Part shown: positions 14,170 through 26,600 of the stretch, piece after piece
Layout of the letters: each line of letters starts with the position of its first letter
Numbering within the stretch: position 1 is the stretch's first letter
Assembly: GCF_036321535.1 (NCBI RefSeq)
Contig: NC_087436.1
Location: 59,398,001-59,462,000, forward strand
Direction of reading: 5' to 3'
DNA: 64,000 bases
Origin: Camelus dromedarius
Taxonomy: Eukaryota
Position numbers and translations under genes: made by a program
Notes under the pieces: model-generated
What the model was told of the DNA's origin: nothing
The model's database searches: none
What the model saw: the letters and a program-made list of their open reading frames with translations, nothing else

Positions 14170-14955
14170 CATTGCTTTTACAATTTTTCATAAAGAAATA
14201 TAATATACCTGATAAAGCTGAATTTCCTTTTAATTTTCCTTCCCAGTAATTCCCTCCCTCTTCTAAAAAAAATTATCAGTTATTTGGTGTGTGTACATTT
14301 TTGTATTTTTACTCAGCAGTTCTTAAAATTTTGCCCACAGAACCCTTTTACTCACTTAAAATTATTATGGAGCCCAAGGAGTTTTACTTTATGTTGGTTA
14401 CTTCTATTTATAACACAGAATTAAAATTGAGAAAATTTGTTTATTAACTTACTATAAGTAAATAATAAGCCCTTGACATGTTATCATAAATAGTATTTTT
14501 ATGAAAATAACTTAATTTTCCAAAAGAAAACAGTGCTAAGAATACTTTTTTTTTACATTTTAAAAAACATTTTAAAAAACATTTTTAAAAACATTTTTAA
14601 TGTCTGTCTAAATAGAAGGAAGCAGGATACTCATATCTGCTTCTACATTGAATCCATTGTGATATGTGTTTCATTTAAAATATATAGAGCAACTCTGGAC
14701 TGTCATAGATATGTAATTGGCGAAAGAAGAATTTCTCAGACTCACTAAAAGGACTGCAATGGCTCCAGGAGTTCTTGGACCACACCTTGAGAATTAGTGC
14801 TTTGCTTATATATGCATTTATTTATAAGTAATACGTATAATATATTTGTATAAATTTAAATTTACTTAAATGGTACTGTGCCGTGTAAATCATTATGCAG
14901 CTTTTTTGAGGTTTATCGAGTTAATGCATGCATATATTTATTTATTTTATCTGTT
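14170..14955 (-). mobile_element. Old L1M 3' UTR, split by a hAT element (L1 at ~14170-14313 and ~14800-14955)
   Basis: Antisense L1ME-like 3' UTR motifs lie on both sides of the hAT insertion. Confidence 0.4.
14314..14799. mobile_element. hAT-Charlie non-autonomous DNA transposon
   Basis: Degenerate TIRs cagcagttcttaaa / ttgagaattagtg; internal 'aaccctttta..cttaaaattatt..ggagcccaaggagtttt'; contains a ~12-bp tandem array (acattttaaaaa) at ~14554-14600. Confidence 0.72.
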
Positions 14956-14959
14956 TTAT

Positions 14960-15075
14960 AATAACTCAAACACTATGGCATTGTTGGAGGGATAGACTCA
15001 AAGGTCAATGAAACAGAACAGAGAGCCCAGAAAGCTACCTACGCTTATGTGAGAACTTTGTCTATGATGGAGGAG
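14960..15075 (+). mobile_element. L1 ORF2 fragment
   Basis: 'gatagactcaaaggtcaatgaaacagaacagagagcccagaaa' is a degenerate DRHIDQWNRIESPE motif. Confidence 0.6.
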
Positions 15076-16659
15076 TGATGGCTTAACTAATTAGCATTTA
15101 CGATATTCAGTACTCAGGTGCTTAATTACTGTATGTGCTGATCATTAAGAAAGAATGGGAGATGTAGACTGTGGAAGGGACAAATCTAAAGTAAATCAGG
15201 CACTGAACAGATGAATGGAGTCAAGGGGAACAGATAATGAAGCTTCTTGCCAGATTAGCACCTCATGTGCCACTTGATCAGGGTCACTAGCAGACAAACC
15301 ACCTCCCAGGCAGTCAGTAGTCTTACCTAAAGTGTAACTTCTTCAATGTCTTTTTTTTTTTTTCCTCCAGCACATTCTTTAGGGAGACTGCTTCTGAGGT
15401 TATATGAAGTAGGTCAAAAATATAAAAGAAAGAGATGCTGCTGCAGCCATTGTGAGACAAATAAATTAGTAAACCACTTACCAAAAGAAAATTCTATGTA
15501 CTAACTCCCTCTAATCCACTTCTATTATTTTAAATGTTTCTGAATTATTACTGTTTTGACATATAAGGCAACTCTTCCAAACCTCCAGTGTATTCCTGCT
15601 TTTAACAAACAGTATTTTCTAATTAATTGTTCTTGCTAATCACCTAATCATAAGAATTAATTTTTCTAATGTTCCATTAACTCAGGCAAAACAAATTCCT
15701 TGTCATATCTGTCAAGTCATTGTCACCTTTTCAGTGATCAGACGGGTATGAAAGGAACCAGCACACGTTTCCAGGGGCAACTGTTACTAGAAAAACAAAA
15801 CAGAATCAAAACTTGCTTCTCAATTTGTCACATTTTCAAAGGCAACATCTAACAAATGATATGATGATGATAAAAATATACCACTGGGGTGGAGTACGCC
15901 TGCCATCTTTCTACTTTGACCTGCATTTAAAAAAATCCCAGTATATTCCAAACAGCTTCAGTAAACCCTATCCTCCTCCCAAAGGGACACAGGAGTAAAG
16001 TGGTCAAAGATGCCAACTCTGGATCCCCTATTCTTATCCCAATCTGAACAATTCCAGGCTTAACTGGAATAATAATTTATATTAACAAATTATATACAAA
16101 CTTTTGGATAAGTTTACATGGAAGATTCTTTTGGCTTAAAAAATTAAATGAATGAAAAATGAAAAACATTGGTCAAGTCAAAGTATGATAACTGCTCTTC
16201 ATGGGAATTTTTACCCTACAAGTTTTTCTTATAAGACACATATGAATGACAGATACTAATGCTGGAAAGCATAGACTTGTGACTAAAATGAATGGATTCA
16301 GGTTGGTAAAAATGTATATTCTCCAAGATTTTTATAAATAAATTGTACTATTTTAGAAGTAGCAGCGCTGACAAAAATAACACGCTACCAACAGAAATCT
16401 CTTGCTTTAAGCTGGCGTAGGTAGTGGATCGTTCTCATGGATCGTTCCTACTTCCCTCTTCCACCAAAAGTCCAGATAAATGAATATAATTATTTAAAGC
16501 CAATGTGTAAACATTTACCATTTACATTTAATTTCCCAAAGAAAATTGGCCAATGTAGAAATCATCTGTGAGGGGGGTGTGTACTGGCTTTGATAACGAT
16601 TATATCTGAAAATGGGTTTTGAGATGTGTTTTCAGCAATTATTGGAATAAATTTAAGAA

Positions 16660-17170
16660 ACTTGTATATCATCAACTCAAATTTGCTTAAGTTAGTAAGA
16701 TTTGATTCATATAGCAAAAAGTCTAGGAGTATCTAGGCTTGACTGGATCCAGGAGTTGAAAAGAGGTCATGGGAACTTTTTTCTCCTTCCACATTCCATG
16801 TCTTTGCCCTTGTGTTTGCTAAATTCTTAATCACGTCATCTCCTTGAGGTAGTAAAATGGTCTTAGTAGCTTTAGGTTTCCAAAGTTTTCAGTGCTAACA
16901 TTATGTCAATCACTAAGAAAAAGATTCTAAATGGCCCTGCTAGGGCCATTAGGGCTATATCTGTCAGTCTCAAATCACTCACAATCCCCAGAGGTATTCA
17001 ATAATTAGATGGGCCAGCCTTGGTCATATGATAATATAGGTGAGGCAATATACTTCACATTCTTATCTGGAGGGGTGAATGTACTTTCCCAAAGGAAGAG
17101 AATGGTCTGTCTTCAGAACAAAAGGGGAAAATATGCTAAACATACAAAAACAACAGACATACCCAATAAT
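16660..17170 (-). mobile_element. MaLR solo LTR (MLT1K/L-like)
   Basis: 'gactggatccaggagtt...gatgggccagccttggtcat...tttcccaaaggaag...aaaaacaacagacat' is an antisense MLT1 pattern. Confidence 0.62.
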
Positions 17171-18146
17171 TCAATGAAATTTTTTCAAAGCATAACAGTG
17201 ATATGTATCATTAAGTTCTCATACATTAAGACTTTCCAAAAATTTTATCAACTTTTAGTCATACCTCTTAAACTTGGCTCAATATATTTCTAACTTCTTT
17301 TTCTCTTTCATAACAATACTGCTTGCATTCTGAATGCTAATAAAGGGACATAAATGAGATGAGACACAAGCACATTGTATTTGTGTATTTGCCTCTTTCA
17401 TTCATTCATTCATTTGTGAAACAGATGAGTAAATGAACACATCAGTATTTAATTAATATGTATAGAAAGAACTATGAAAAAGCAATGGGGTAAAATAACA
17501 TAGGAAAGAATGTGTCCTTGTGCACAGAGAGAAGTGCTAAGGGAAAATCTCTGAGACATGAAGAATGACAATAGGATGTCATAAAGTCAAGACAGCTGTA
17601 TAGTTTGCTGTTTCCTTACTGAATCACATCATGTTACTCACAGAAGATATATAATATTTGTGTGCACACTGCGGTAAACTGACAGAAGAGCCAATGGCCA
17701 GAGGCAGGCCTGGAGGCTGCAGGTAGGGAAGGGCTCTCTTGACCAGCTGTAGGTTTGAAGAATTCACACCAATTAAGAAGTAGAAGTTCTCATTTGAAAC
17801 GTCTGAGCAGAAGACATGCTGTCTTCAAAGTGGTCCTATTTTTTAGTGTTTGATTAGCAATAATTTTAGAAAATCAGTAATCATTAACAAGGCTCATCAA
17901 ATAAAAGGCCTAGAGAATACTGTATCATAATGAATGGGATGTACTAATTGATTAAATATTCTAATTACAGGACACAGTGCTTTTCATATATAAATGCATT
18001 ACTTATAACCAATGAAGAGAAATTAAATAGTCCCTTATGCTCTAAAACTTAATTAAATACATTTTCACTTTCAATAGACAAGAAAATATTTCAGGATCTT
18101 ATGATTTCTCAGTACTTTAATTGTGAATTTAAATTACCATTATACT

Positions 18147-18152
<6 letters not shown>

Positions 18153-18198
<46 letters not shown>
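18153..18198. repeat. (TG)23 perfect microsatellite
   Basis: Uninterrupted TG run read directly from the sequence. Confidence 0.98.
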
Positions 18199-18201
<3 letters not shown>

Positions 18202-18430
18202 CAAGTTCCAGTTAACTGAATGTCTTGGTTAATAAAGTCTCAAAATAGAGGTTTTAACTGAAATGAAAACAGAGGTTTACTTTAAAATTAATAAAATAAT
18301 TCTTTTGTGATATAAATTTTCTAATAAACCCATCTTATAGCAAGTGGTAGGTAAAGGAATTTCTCATTTTTTTTGTAGACAATCACTTCTAGAACAGATC
18401 ATTTTATTTTACTTAAAGGAGAATACCTTT

Positions 18431-18710
18431 TTATTCATTCAAAATAGTGAGTATGCTGGCTTTTAGGTACTGTTCTAACCACAGTTGTTTCAGGGTGAAC
18501 AAGGCAGACAAATGGCTTCTGTTCTAGTGAAAATTGTTACAGAACAATGAACAATAAATAAGTAAATAAATAAGGTAGCTTGAGCAGGCATTAGAGGATG
18601 TGAGGTTATAAAATGGACTATGTTAGAGAAAAACAGGTGGGCAGGAACCACTTTAGTTGGCTGATGGCCTTTATATGGGAAGGGTACTGAAATTAACTGA
18701 ATACTAAGGT
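18431..18710 (-). mobile_element. L2 3' fragment
   Basis: 'ttattcattc...taggtactgttcta...gtgaacaaggcagacaaa' is the antisense L2 3' end. Confidence 0.68.
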
Positions 18711-20769
18711 ATAGGGTGCTGGGATAGGGTTTTATTTTTTATTTAACCTCAAATGATAATCAAAATACAAAATGTACAATCAAGGCACACAAAATGTATT
18801 GCGATGTCATTAAATACATAAATAGACTTCTTTTATCTCACTATGGAGGAAGATTACACAACTGAAGACAACTATTCTTTGATATATTGGTTAGTGGATA
18901 GGATAATTTCAATGAAAAGAAACTATGTGTGATTCCTCACTGATTCTTGCCTTGATACATTGATTCTTTGGTATCTCTGGCATTCCTTTGTTGACAGGTA
19001 TAAGGCAAAGGATACAAGAATGAAATTTATGTTCTGTTTTCTAACCCCAAAGATCCCCAGCAACTCCATGTACAAGATATAGTTCTCTAAGTGTTGGAAA
19101 GATCTTGTCCATAACTCATAAGACAACCTCTCTCTAGCATTTCGATGGAAATAGAAAGGCTGCTATGTGAGATAATTTAACAGAGTAGTAAACAGTTAGG
19201 GCTTCTCCATGGAAGAATCTGCAACAATGAGATTGGTCCAGAGGGCAGAGATGCTGACACACCAACCTGACAGCAACACACAGAATTAGTATAAAGCCCC
19301 ACATAAGGTTTAGAAACTTGCATTCCTGACTTCATTAAAGGATTGCATGCTCCCACTGTGTAATGACTTTGGCTGCAAATAAATTTTTTGTGAACCCAAG
19401 TTGTAAATCCAGCCAACAAGCACCACACTAGCTTGACTGGGCAGGTTGACTCCTGGATCAAATTTATTCACAGGGCCCTTTCTCCTTTTCACAAAAACTT
19501 TTGGATGCCTAGAAGCACACCTAGGATGCCGTGTGCATTTTTCAGGGAGGACCAGCATACTTCATGGAAGTCACAATGGCTAAGTAATTGACAAAGGTTG
19601 TACAGGTAGCAAGAATTTTGGCCAGTGTTAACATGGTTGTATGTAACACTAATTCTTTTTAATATATCACAACAAACGACTTGTGTCTTTGAAACTAGGA
19701 GACTTAATATGGCAAAACTGTTTACTGTAAAGTAGATTCTAGGATCTATGAGTAAGACTTATCTACATTATTCCCAGCACCCAAACTAGGCATTCACCAA
19801 TAGTACATAAATAAACGTACAAACATCCTTATAAAAAGTTGAAATGATACAATTCAAAAAAAAAAAGGTCAAAATTTAAATCTCTTTGTGGGTTAATTAG
19901 AAAGCTCATTTAATTTCCACTGTTTTTCTTTTTTATAGTTACAGTCAGTACAAAATTAAAAATCAGCAGTTAATGGACAGACTGAAACACTTCTTTCTAT
20001 TTAGTTGTACATTTGCTGTCTTGCTTTGGTAAAATACATAATCCTGTTGGTTCCAAATTCTCAGACATGGGTGGCATTCCTGCTGACTTATTATAAGTAG
20101 TGATAATAATGTATCAGTCATTAGACAGTTCTATCAAACATACACTAGAACCACTTAGCAGCTGAAACACTGAAGGGACAGCATTAGAAAAGATAAAAAG
20201 AACTGGCAGGGAGAGAATGTAGATGCATCCCCATATTCCAAACCACCAAGGATCTCAGAAGCAGTGAGGCAAGAGCTTAATGGGGTGCAGTTCAATTTTA
20301 CAATTAAGAACAACTGTTTTCAAATGAGCCTTAGCATAATGATTAGGCATAGTAAATAGAGAATATAAAATTGGATTAGGAAGACATTGAAAGAAGTATG
20401 TTCTGTTCCAAGCAACAAGAATATTAATCTCTCTGGAGTGAATATTGTACCAAATGTTTGTACCTAAAATATTAGAAACATTGATATAATTTAAGACAGT
20501 TTTCCTGGAACAATGTAGTATTAAAAAATTTTAAATTCTTTCACCCTTTGAATATAAGCAAACTTTTAGGAAATGTGCATAATTTAAGAGATTTGAAAGT
20601 AATTAACCATTGTCACAAATTTCAAAGATAATCCTTGATAGCAACTGCTATGTTTCTTTCATTTTTATTCCCCACACATTTTTAAAAACTAATTACTTCT
20701 AACTAAAAAGAGAATCTATTAAGTCTTTGGAGGTATCACACAATGCTACTTCTACCACTACAACTGTTA

Positions 20770-21000
20770 CTAATACTAGGGACTACAGCAGTAATATTTA
20801 GATCAATGCTAACTTCTTTACATTATGAATTAATCCTCATAGAATTCTAGAAGTTAATATTATTATCCTTCATTTTACACATGAGAATATCGAGCTTCTA
20901 GCATTTAAGGAACTTGTCTAAAATAAATGGCTGAGCAAGAACTTAAAACCACTTCTCTGTAATATCATAGGACTCATTCCAATCACTATGCTACATTGCT
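20770..21000 (-). mobile_element. MIR SINE
   Basis: 'ttaatcctca...attattatccttcattttacacatgagaa...aacttgtctaa...cactatgctacattgc'. Confidence 0.72.
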
Positions 21001-21254
21001 TTGCTCTGCACACTCTTGTTGATGGGACAGAAACAGTAATGTTTTTGTTAAGGCTTTTGAATGGTAAAGTTCTATAACTCATGAGTAGTTTATTTCTCAG
21101 TAATTTAAATTGTTTTCAGAATATTGTCACAGTAGTATTACACCTGTAAGACATGGGAGCAATAGTACCCAGAGGGGAAAATGTACAGATTAAAGGCAGC
21201 TGTAGCAATCGAAGCCTCTGGGACTAAGAATATTTGTCTAACCTCGAAATCAGC

Positions 21255-21555
21255 CTACATTTTTGTCTTTCCTACATACTCCACATCCAGCAAGTTTTGC
21301 AGGATATTGTTTCAAAATACAACTCAAATCCAATCGATGCTCACCACGTCTTCTGTTATATCCCTAGTTCAAGCTGTCACCACCTTTCTATGAGTTATTG
21401 CAGTGGCATCTCAATTGTCTTCCTTTTTTGACACTTGCCCATCCTCCACCCTCAACCTAAGCAGCTTGTCTACATAGCTGCCAAAACGTTTCTTTTCAAA
21501 CATAAAGATCATTTCACCACCTAAATATAAATCACCAATGGCTTTCCATCATAAT
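21255..21555 (+). mobile_element. L2 fragment
   Basis: 'ccctagttcaagctgtcaccacc...gttattgcagtggcatctcaattgtcttcc...caatggctttccat'. Confidence 0.72.
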
Positions 21556-21559
21556 TTGC

Positions 21560-22780
21560 TCTTTTTAAAATCAGTTTAAACTTAGATAAAATGTTCAAGA
21601 AAATGTTATATATATAAAGTATATTCAGTGTTCAATACTAAAAATATTTTTCTAAATCCATTTAGAATGAGTTGGCCAACCTGATGTCCCATCTCATCTG
21701 AATACTTAGTGTGCATTTTCCACAAAACAGGGCATTCTACTATGTAACCAAAATACGATCATCCATTTCAGAAACTTAATTGATACTGTCATTACTACAG
21801 GATAATCCTCGACTTCATTCAAGTGTCACCTAGTGTCCAAATCATGTTTGGTCAGGAAAATGTATTGCATTTGTCATATCTCTTATCTTTTTCAGTTTAC
21901 TGTAGAAGTAAAATCCTCAATTTTTTGACTTTCGTATCTTCAACACTTGAAAAAATTAAAATTATTTTTCATACTATCCCTTTATTTGGGATTGAATGTT
22001 GTTTTCCTGTATTCAGATTATGCTCATTTGGGAGGACTATTACAGACGATGCCATCACTTCATCCTATCAGATGGCATTCAATTTTGATTTGTCCTATTA
22101 CCAATAATGTTACTTTGATTATTTGATTAACTTCTTCAAGGAAATTTACACTCTTTCTCCTTTCAATTATTAATTAAGTATTTTTATGGGGAGATACTTT
22201 GAAACTAAAATGTACCATCCTTCATCAAACTTTCAATTTATTCCTTTATATATAACTGTATGATTCATGGTTTTCTATTTACTCAATGGGTTATAAGTAT
22301 AAATAGCATTTATTTTGGTACTTAATTTGCTTCATATTTGGCAAATGGCAGCCCTTTCAAGAAGGTTTCTGTGTCATCTTGACATGTCAATATCATCCTT
22401 TGAGCATTTCTTTGCTTTCTGGCAAAATAAGTTACTCTGGATTTATCTTGTACTTTCCCTGCCCAAGTTCTAGAATCAATCATTTCTTCAGTGAGTCCTG
22501 GCTTTTTTTGGTGGAGAACGGTATCTAGAAGTTAAAGTATGAGTGCTAGTTATGCTTATTGCTATTAAGGTATTGTTGTTCATAGACATTTCTCAGTGGA
22601 CAGAGATAGAAAGTACACGTGTATGTATTTTTAATGTACATACACAGATATATATATATAATACATAAATATGTGTATATATATGTACATATACATATTT
22701 AAAACCATAAATTCACACCTATATCTCTAATTTTAGTAGACAGACATCTGATTCTCATTATCCTTAATATATTTACTTAT
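21560..22780 (-). mobile_element. Old L1 (L1MC-type) 3' region
   Basis: 'tacttagtgtgcattttcc...gggagatactttgaaacta...tcttgtactttccctgccc...ctagaatcaatcatttcttca...ggtatctagaa' matches antisense L1MC. Confidence 0.75.
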
Positions 22781-23214
22781 GCCCCCTTCCATGTTGAAAA
22801 TAGAACCAGGGAAACAAGGCAACAGGGTATCTTTGAATGCTAACGACTGTGATCACACCTGGCTGGGCCTCTATGAGCCTGTCCAGGCAACAGCACCTAA
22901 AAGAATATAGAGGACAAAATTTCACAGCCATATAGTGACCAGATGAAATATTATAAACCACTAGGCTGCTGGAACCAGGACCCTCCCTCATTTTATGAGT
23001 ATCATGCAAATTCCTTGAATACTGAAATAATCTCTAGGGATAGAAGGAGCCTCACAAAAGGAACTATGATGAAATTTCTTGTTTTGCTAATTAAAAAAAA
23101 AAAAAGCTCAAATTGAATTTGACTTAAATAAAGTGTAGTAGCATTTCTTACACCAAAATGTTAGAGGGCAAGTTGATACCACTACTTTAAGTAATTTGGT
23201 TTTTTTGTTCCTTT

Positions 23215-24440
23215 CTCCTTTAAGGTAAAATTTACATATAATGAAGAACGCAAGTGTTTACAACCCATACTGCTATCATAGAATATTAGACAATAGAACA
23301 TTATCATCATCCCAGGAAGTTCTCTAGTGTTTCCTTCCTTGCCCCACCCCAGAGGCCACTACTGTTCTAGGTTTTTTTGTTTATGTTTTTGTTTTTTGTC
23401 ACATTAGACTACTTGTTCTAGAATTTAATCTAAATGGAATATACAGCATGTATTCTTTTATGTAAGGCCTCTTTCACTCAGAATAATGTTTTGCAATTCA
23501 TCCATGTTGCTGCCTGCAGCAAGGTTTCATTATGCTTTTTATTGGTTGGTAGTATTTCATATGAATATGCCATAGTTTGTTTTCCATTCTCCTTTTGATG
23601 GACACTTAGTTTCCAGTTTTTAGCTATTACAAATATAGCCACTGTAAACATTCTGGTACAAATTTATTTGGAAATACAAGCTTTTTATTTTAGAGGTAAA
23701 TGTCTAAAATTAGGTTTGATTAGTCATCAGGGTGCTATAACATAGCCTAAGCCCTCACAGTTGGGTTTTCTCTTTTTTTGTAATGCAAGTGCCTGGCTTA
23801 AGCTTTGACTGTCCTCTTCTGAGATGGCTAACTCTAATAAACACATTGCCAGCCACGGGACTAAATAATGAACCAGGCTACCTCCCCTCACTAAGGCTTC
23901 TTAGTGTTAGAGATCTTGGTTGATTTTGAAATGGGCCATTTGGGCCACTTGTTTTATTCTCTTCCTACCCTTTTAAAATCCTGCCTTTATGTTTTAAATT
24001 CACTGGTAAAGAATGATCCCTCAAAACTTAAGCCTTTGGCGCTATAGCTACCCTTGACCCCAATACAGGCAAAACCCCAGACCCGTGCTCTCTCTCACAC
24101 TCTCTTCACCTGTAACCTTGCTGTGTGGCTCTTGGTGTGCTGGTGTTTTCTGGGACTTGGTGAGTAGTAATAAACCCTTTTTCCCCTCAAGTTTCCTAAT
24201 GGTTATTGCTGACAGGTATCTTGCAATAATAAGAACTACAAGGGCTGGTTGAGTCACAACACTGGTTATTGATAAGCCGAGACCAGCACAAAACATGTAT
24301 GCTTTGTTTTTATATGAAACTACTAAAATATTTTTCCAAAAAATCTGTACCATTTTACAATGCCACCAACAATGTATGAGATTCCTGGTTCCGGTTGGTC
24401 CACATTCCAATCCCAATATTTGGTGTCAGTTTAATCACCA
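23215..24440 (-). mobile_element. Old L1M 3' fragment interrupted by an LTR (L1 at 23215-23732 and 24296-24440)
   Basis: L1 antisense text ends at 'tagtcatcaggg' and resumes colinearly at 'tgtatgc...tgtaccattttacaatgccaccaacaatgtatgag'. Confidence 0.8.
23733..24295 (+). mobile_element. Solo LTR, ERVL class (MER74-like; family tentative)
   Basis: TG...CA termini (tgctataac...cacaaaaca), AATAAA at ~24169, 563 bp, cleanly splits a host L1. TSD not recognisable. Confidence 0.75.
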
Positions 24441-24514
24441 TGGTGTCTTTCAAATATTTTTTAAATTGGAATTTAATATAAGCTAAATTAAAATAATCAA
24501 AAATTTATAATAAT

Positions 24515-24630
24515 AAAGGCTTAACAGTTTATGAGAGGGAAAGAAGCATATCTGTTTTGCTTACGATTTACACTAGAGTTCAGGGAATTGCCTGACACAG
24601 TCAATGCACCATTAACATTTGTTGAGTGAA
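24515..24630 (+). mobile_element. L2 3' terminus
   Basis: 'tgcctgacacag...taacatttgttgagtgaa'. Confidence 0.65.
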
Positions 24631-25599
24631 GCAATTATATAAAAATTATCTGGAATGTTTTTTCATGTCTTTTTCTTTGCACTAAATTTGTTGACATAAA
24701 TTGAATAAGGCAGTCATTTTGCTTCTAGGCTCTAAATATTTATCTGATTAATTTTTATCAACAAATATCATTGTGTTCATTTAAATTCATATCATTCATT
24801 GTTCAGAATATAGTCAGCTTTTGCTTATTGCTGTCCCTCCCAGATTTGCCCCCTTCCATCACACCTGAACTCTCAGTAGCTCACTCTCTGTTTTCAATAG
24901 AGTCAATACAGCCTCAACTTCTGCCATTCAACTACACATCTATTTATATTCGTGATACTCATTATGTCTCCATGCTTTTACACATTCCTTTCCTTTATGG
25001 AGAATACCCTTTTCCTTGTCAATCTTGTGTCTTTTACTCAAAGTATTTATGCACGTATCTAATTTTTTTCCTGGATAGAAAGAGCTAAAGGAAGAAAATA
25101 CCACACCTACAAGTCTGATTGTGTCGAACTTAAAAATGAGTACTAACGTGATTAAGAGAAGGTGCAAGCCATGTCCAAATAAAAGATTCCAGAGACTCAT
25201 CTACAAAGGCACATCAAATTAAGAATAATTCAATAACCTCCCAAGGTATATGCAGAGCAAACTAGAGGTCCTTTTGGTTTTTTTGAAAGTAAACAAATAT
25301 CCCTACACTAGTTGAGGTCCTTAGAGTAAAACTGAAGTTTTCTTTTATTATATATGAACCCCAGCTTTGAAGAACACTTTCTTCTTAAGTACCTTTCATG
25401 CTTTGGAGGCTAATTGTACCTTTCAAACACAAAGACCAACTTGCTCATTAAAGGTAGGGGTGTTTTTAAATACACAAGAATGATCACTGACCCCATTGGG
25501 TAGATATAGTTATAAACCTATGAGTCTTCTCTTTTTTTGATAGAGCAAACACAAAAATATCAAATTTAACCTTCAAGGAATATTCTGTTACAAAGCCAT

Positions 25600-25958
25600 A
25601 GCAAAATTCTTCAGTTTTTCCAATGGACAATGCTTTCTCTTTCTTCCATGATTTCATATATGCCGTTCCTTTCCCAGAACACTTCTTATTCAAATATTGC
25701 TTCAGATTTCAGTTTAAACACAACTTCTGCAAGGTGCTTTGTTTGGATGTTTACATCATATGGGGTGTCATTGCTTTGCTTTCTCTTAGCTCTCTGAACT
25801 TCTCATATTGTAAGATGTTACTTTATTTTTATTGTTTATTTATTTATCTTTCTTGCTAGGGCTCCTGTTTATCTTGTTCTTTGGTCTATTCCCAGGACTT
25901 TTCATAGTACCTGGTATGGAGCTGTGCTCAATAAATGTTTGCTGAATGAATGAGTGAA
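25600..25958 (+). mobile_element. L2 3' fragment
   Basis: Ends 'catagtacctgg...gtgctcaataaatgtttgctgaatgaatgagtgaa', the canonical L2 terminus. Confidence 0.8.
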
Positions 25959-26054
25959 ATGCCTAATAATCCTGCAAAAAGTATTTTTTGTTTTGTCCCC
26001 AGAGCCTATGACAAATAGAGAAATATAGAGAATCTAAGAGGAGTTGGTTGAATG

Positions 26055-26135
26055 GAAGAAGGAGAGAGAAGGGAAAAGGTAGGGAAGAGGAGACAGAGAG
26101 AGAGACAGACAGAGAGAGGGAAAGAGAGAGAAGAG
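26055..26135. repeat. GA-rich low-complexity tract
   Basis: Polypurine (GA)n/(GACA)n run. Confidence 0.85.
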
Positions 26136-26600
26136 TTTGTAAATCAAGGTTCTGATGTAAGAAAAATGTCAGTGAAAATTTAGGAGTAAAACTATATCAT
26201 CCTCTATTTCTCACCATCAGTTTATATAGAAATGATGAGGATTTTTGTCAGTTGTTTTTAACATCATTAATATAAAATATACTTAATTTTTAATGCCCCT
26301 GGGTTAAAAAGGCATGAAATATCTATAACCAAAGATAGTATTTTAAAGTGTTCCTATCGAGTCTTGAAATATATCAAATAAAGAAAAAGATATTAATAAT
26401 TGAGGTCATGTATTTCCTCATGAAACAATGTGTATGTACATTCTATAGAGAGCAAGCAGCCTAAGTGCTTTGTAATAAGCAGAACTGTCAGTTAAAATTT
26501 TTAATTTTGGTTTAATACTAAGGGAAAATTTAATTACCAGATCATCTCAAGAATATTCAGAATTTCTCAATAATTTAAGGCTGCCTTCAAATTTATTATC

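Noticed and set aside
16360..16390. tagcagcg resembling a miR-15/16/503 seed
   Set aside because: The rest of the mature sequence does not match and there is no precursor hairpin.
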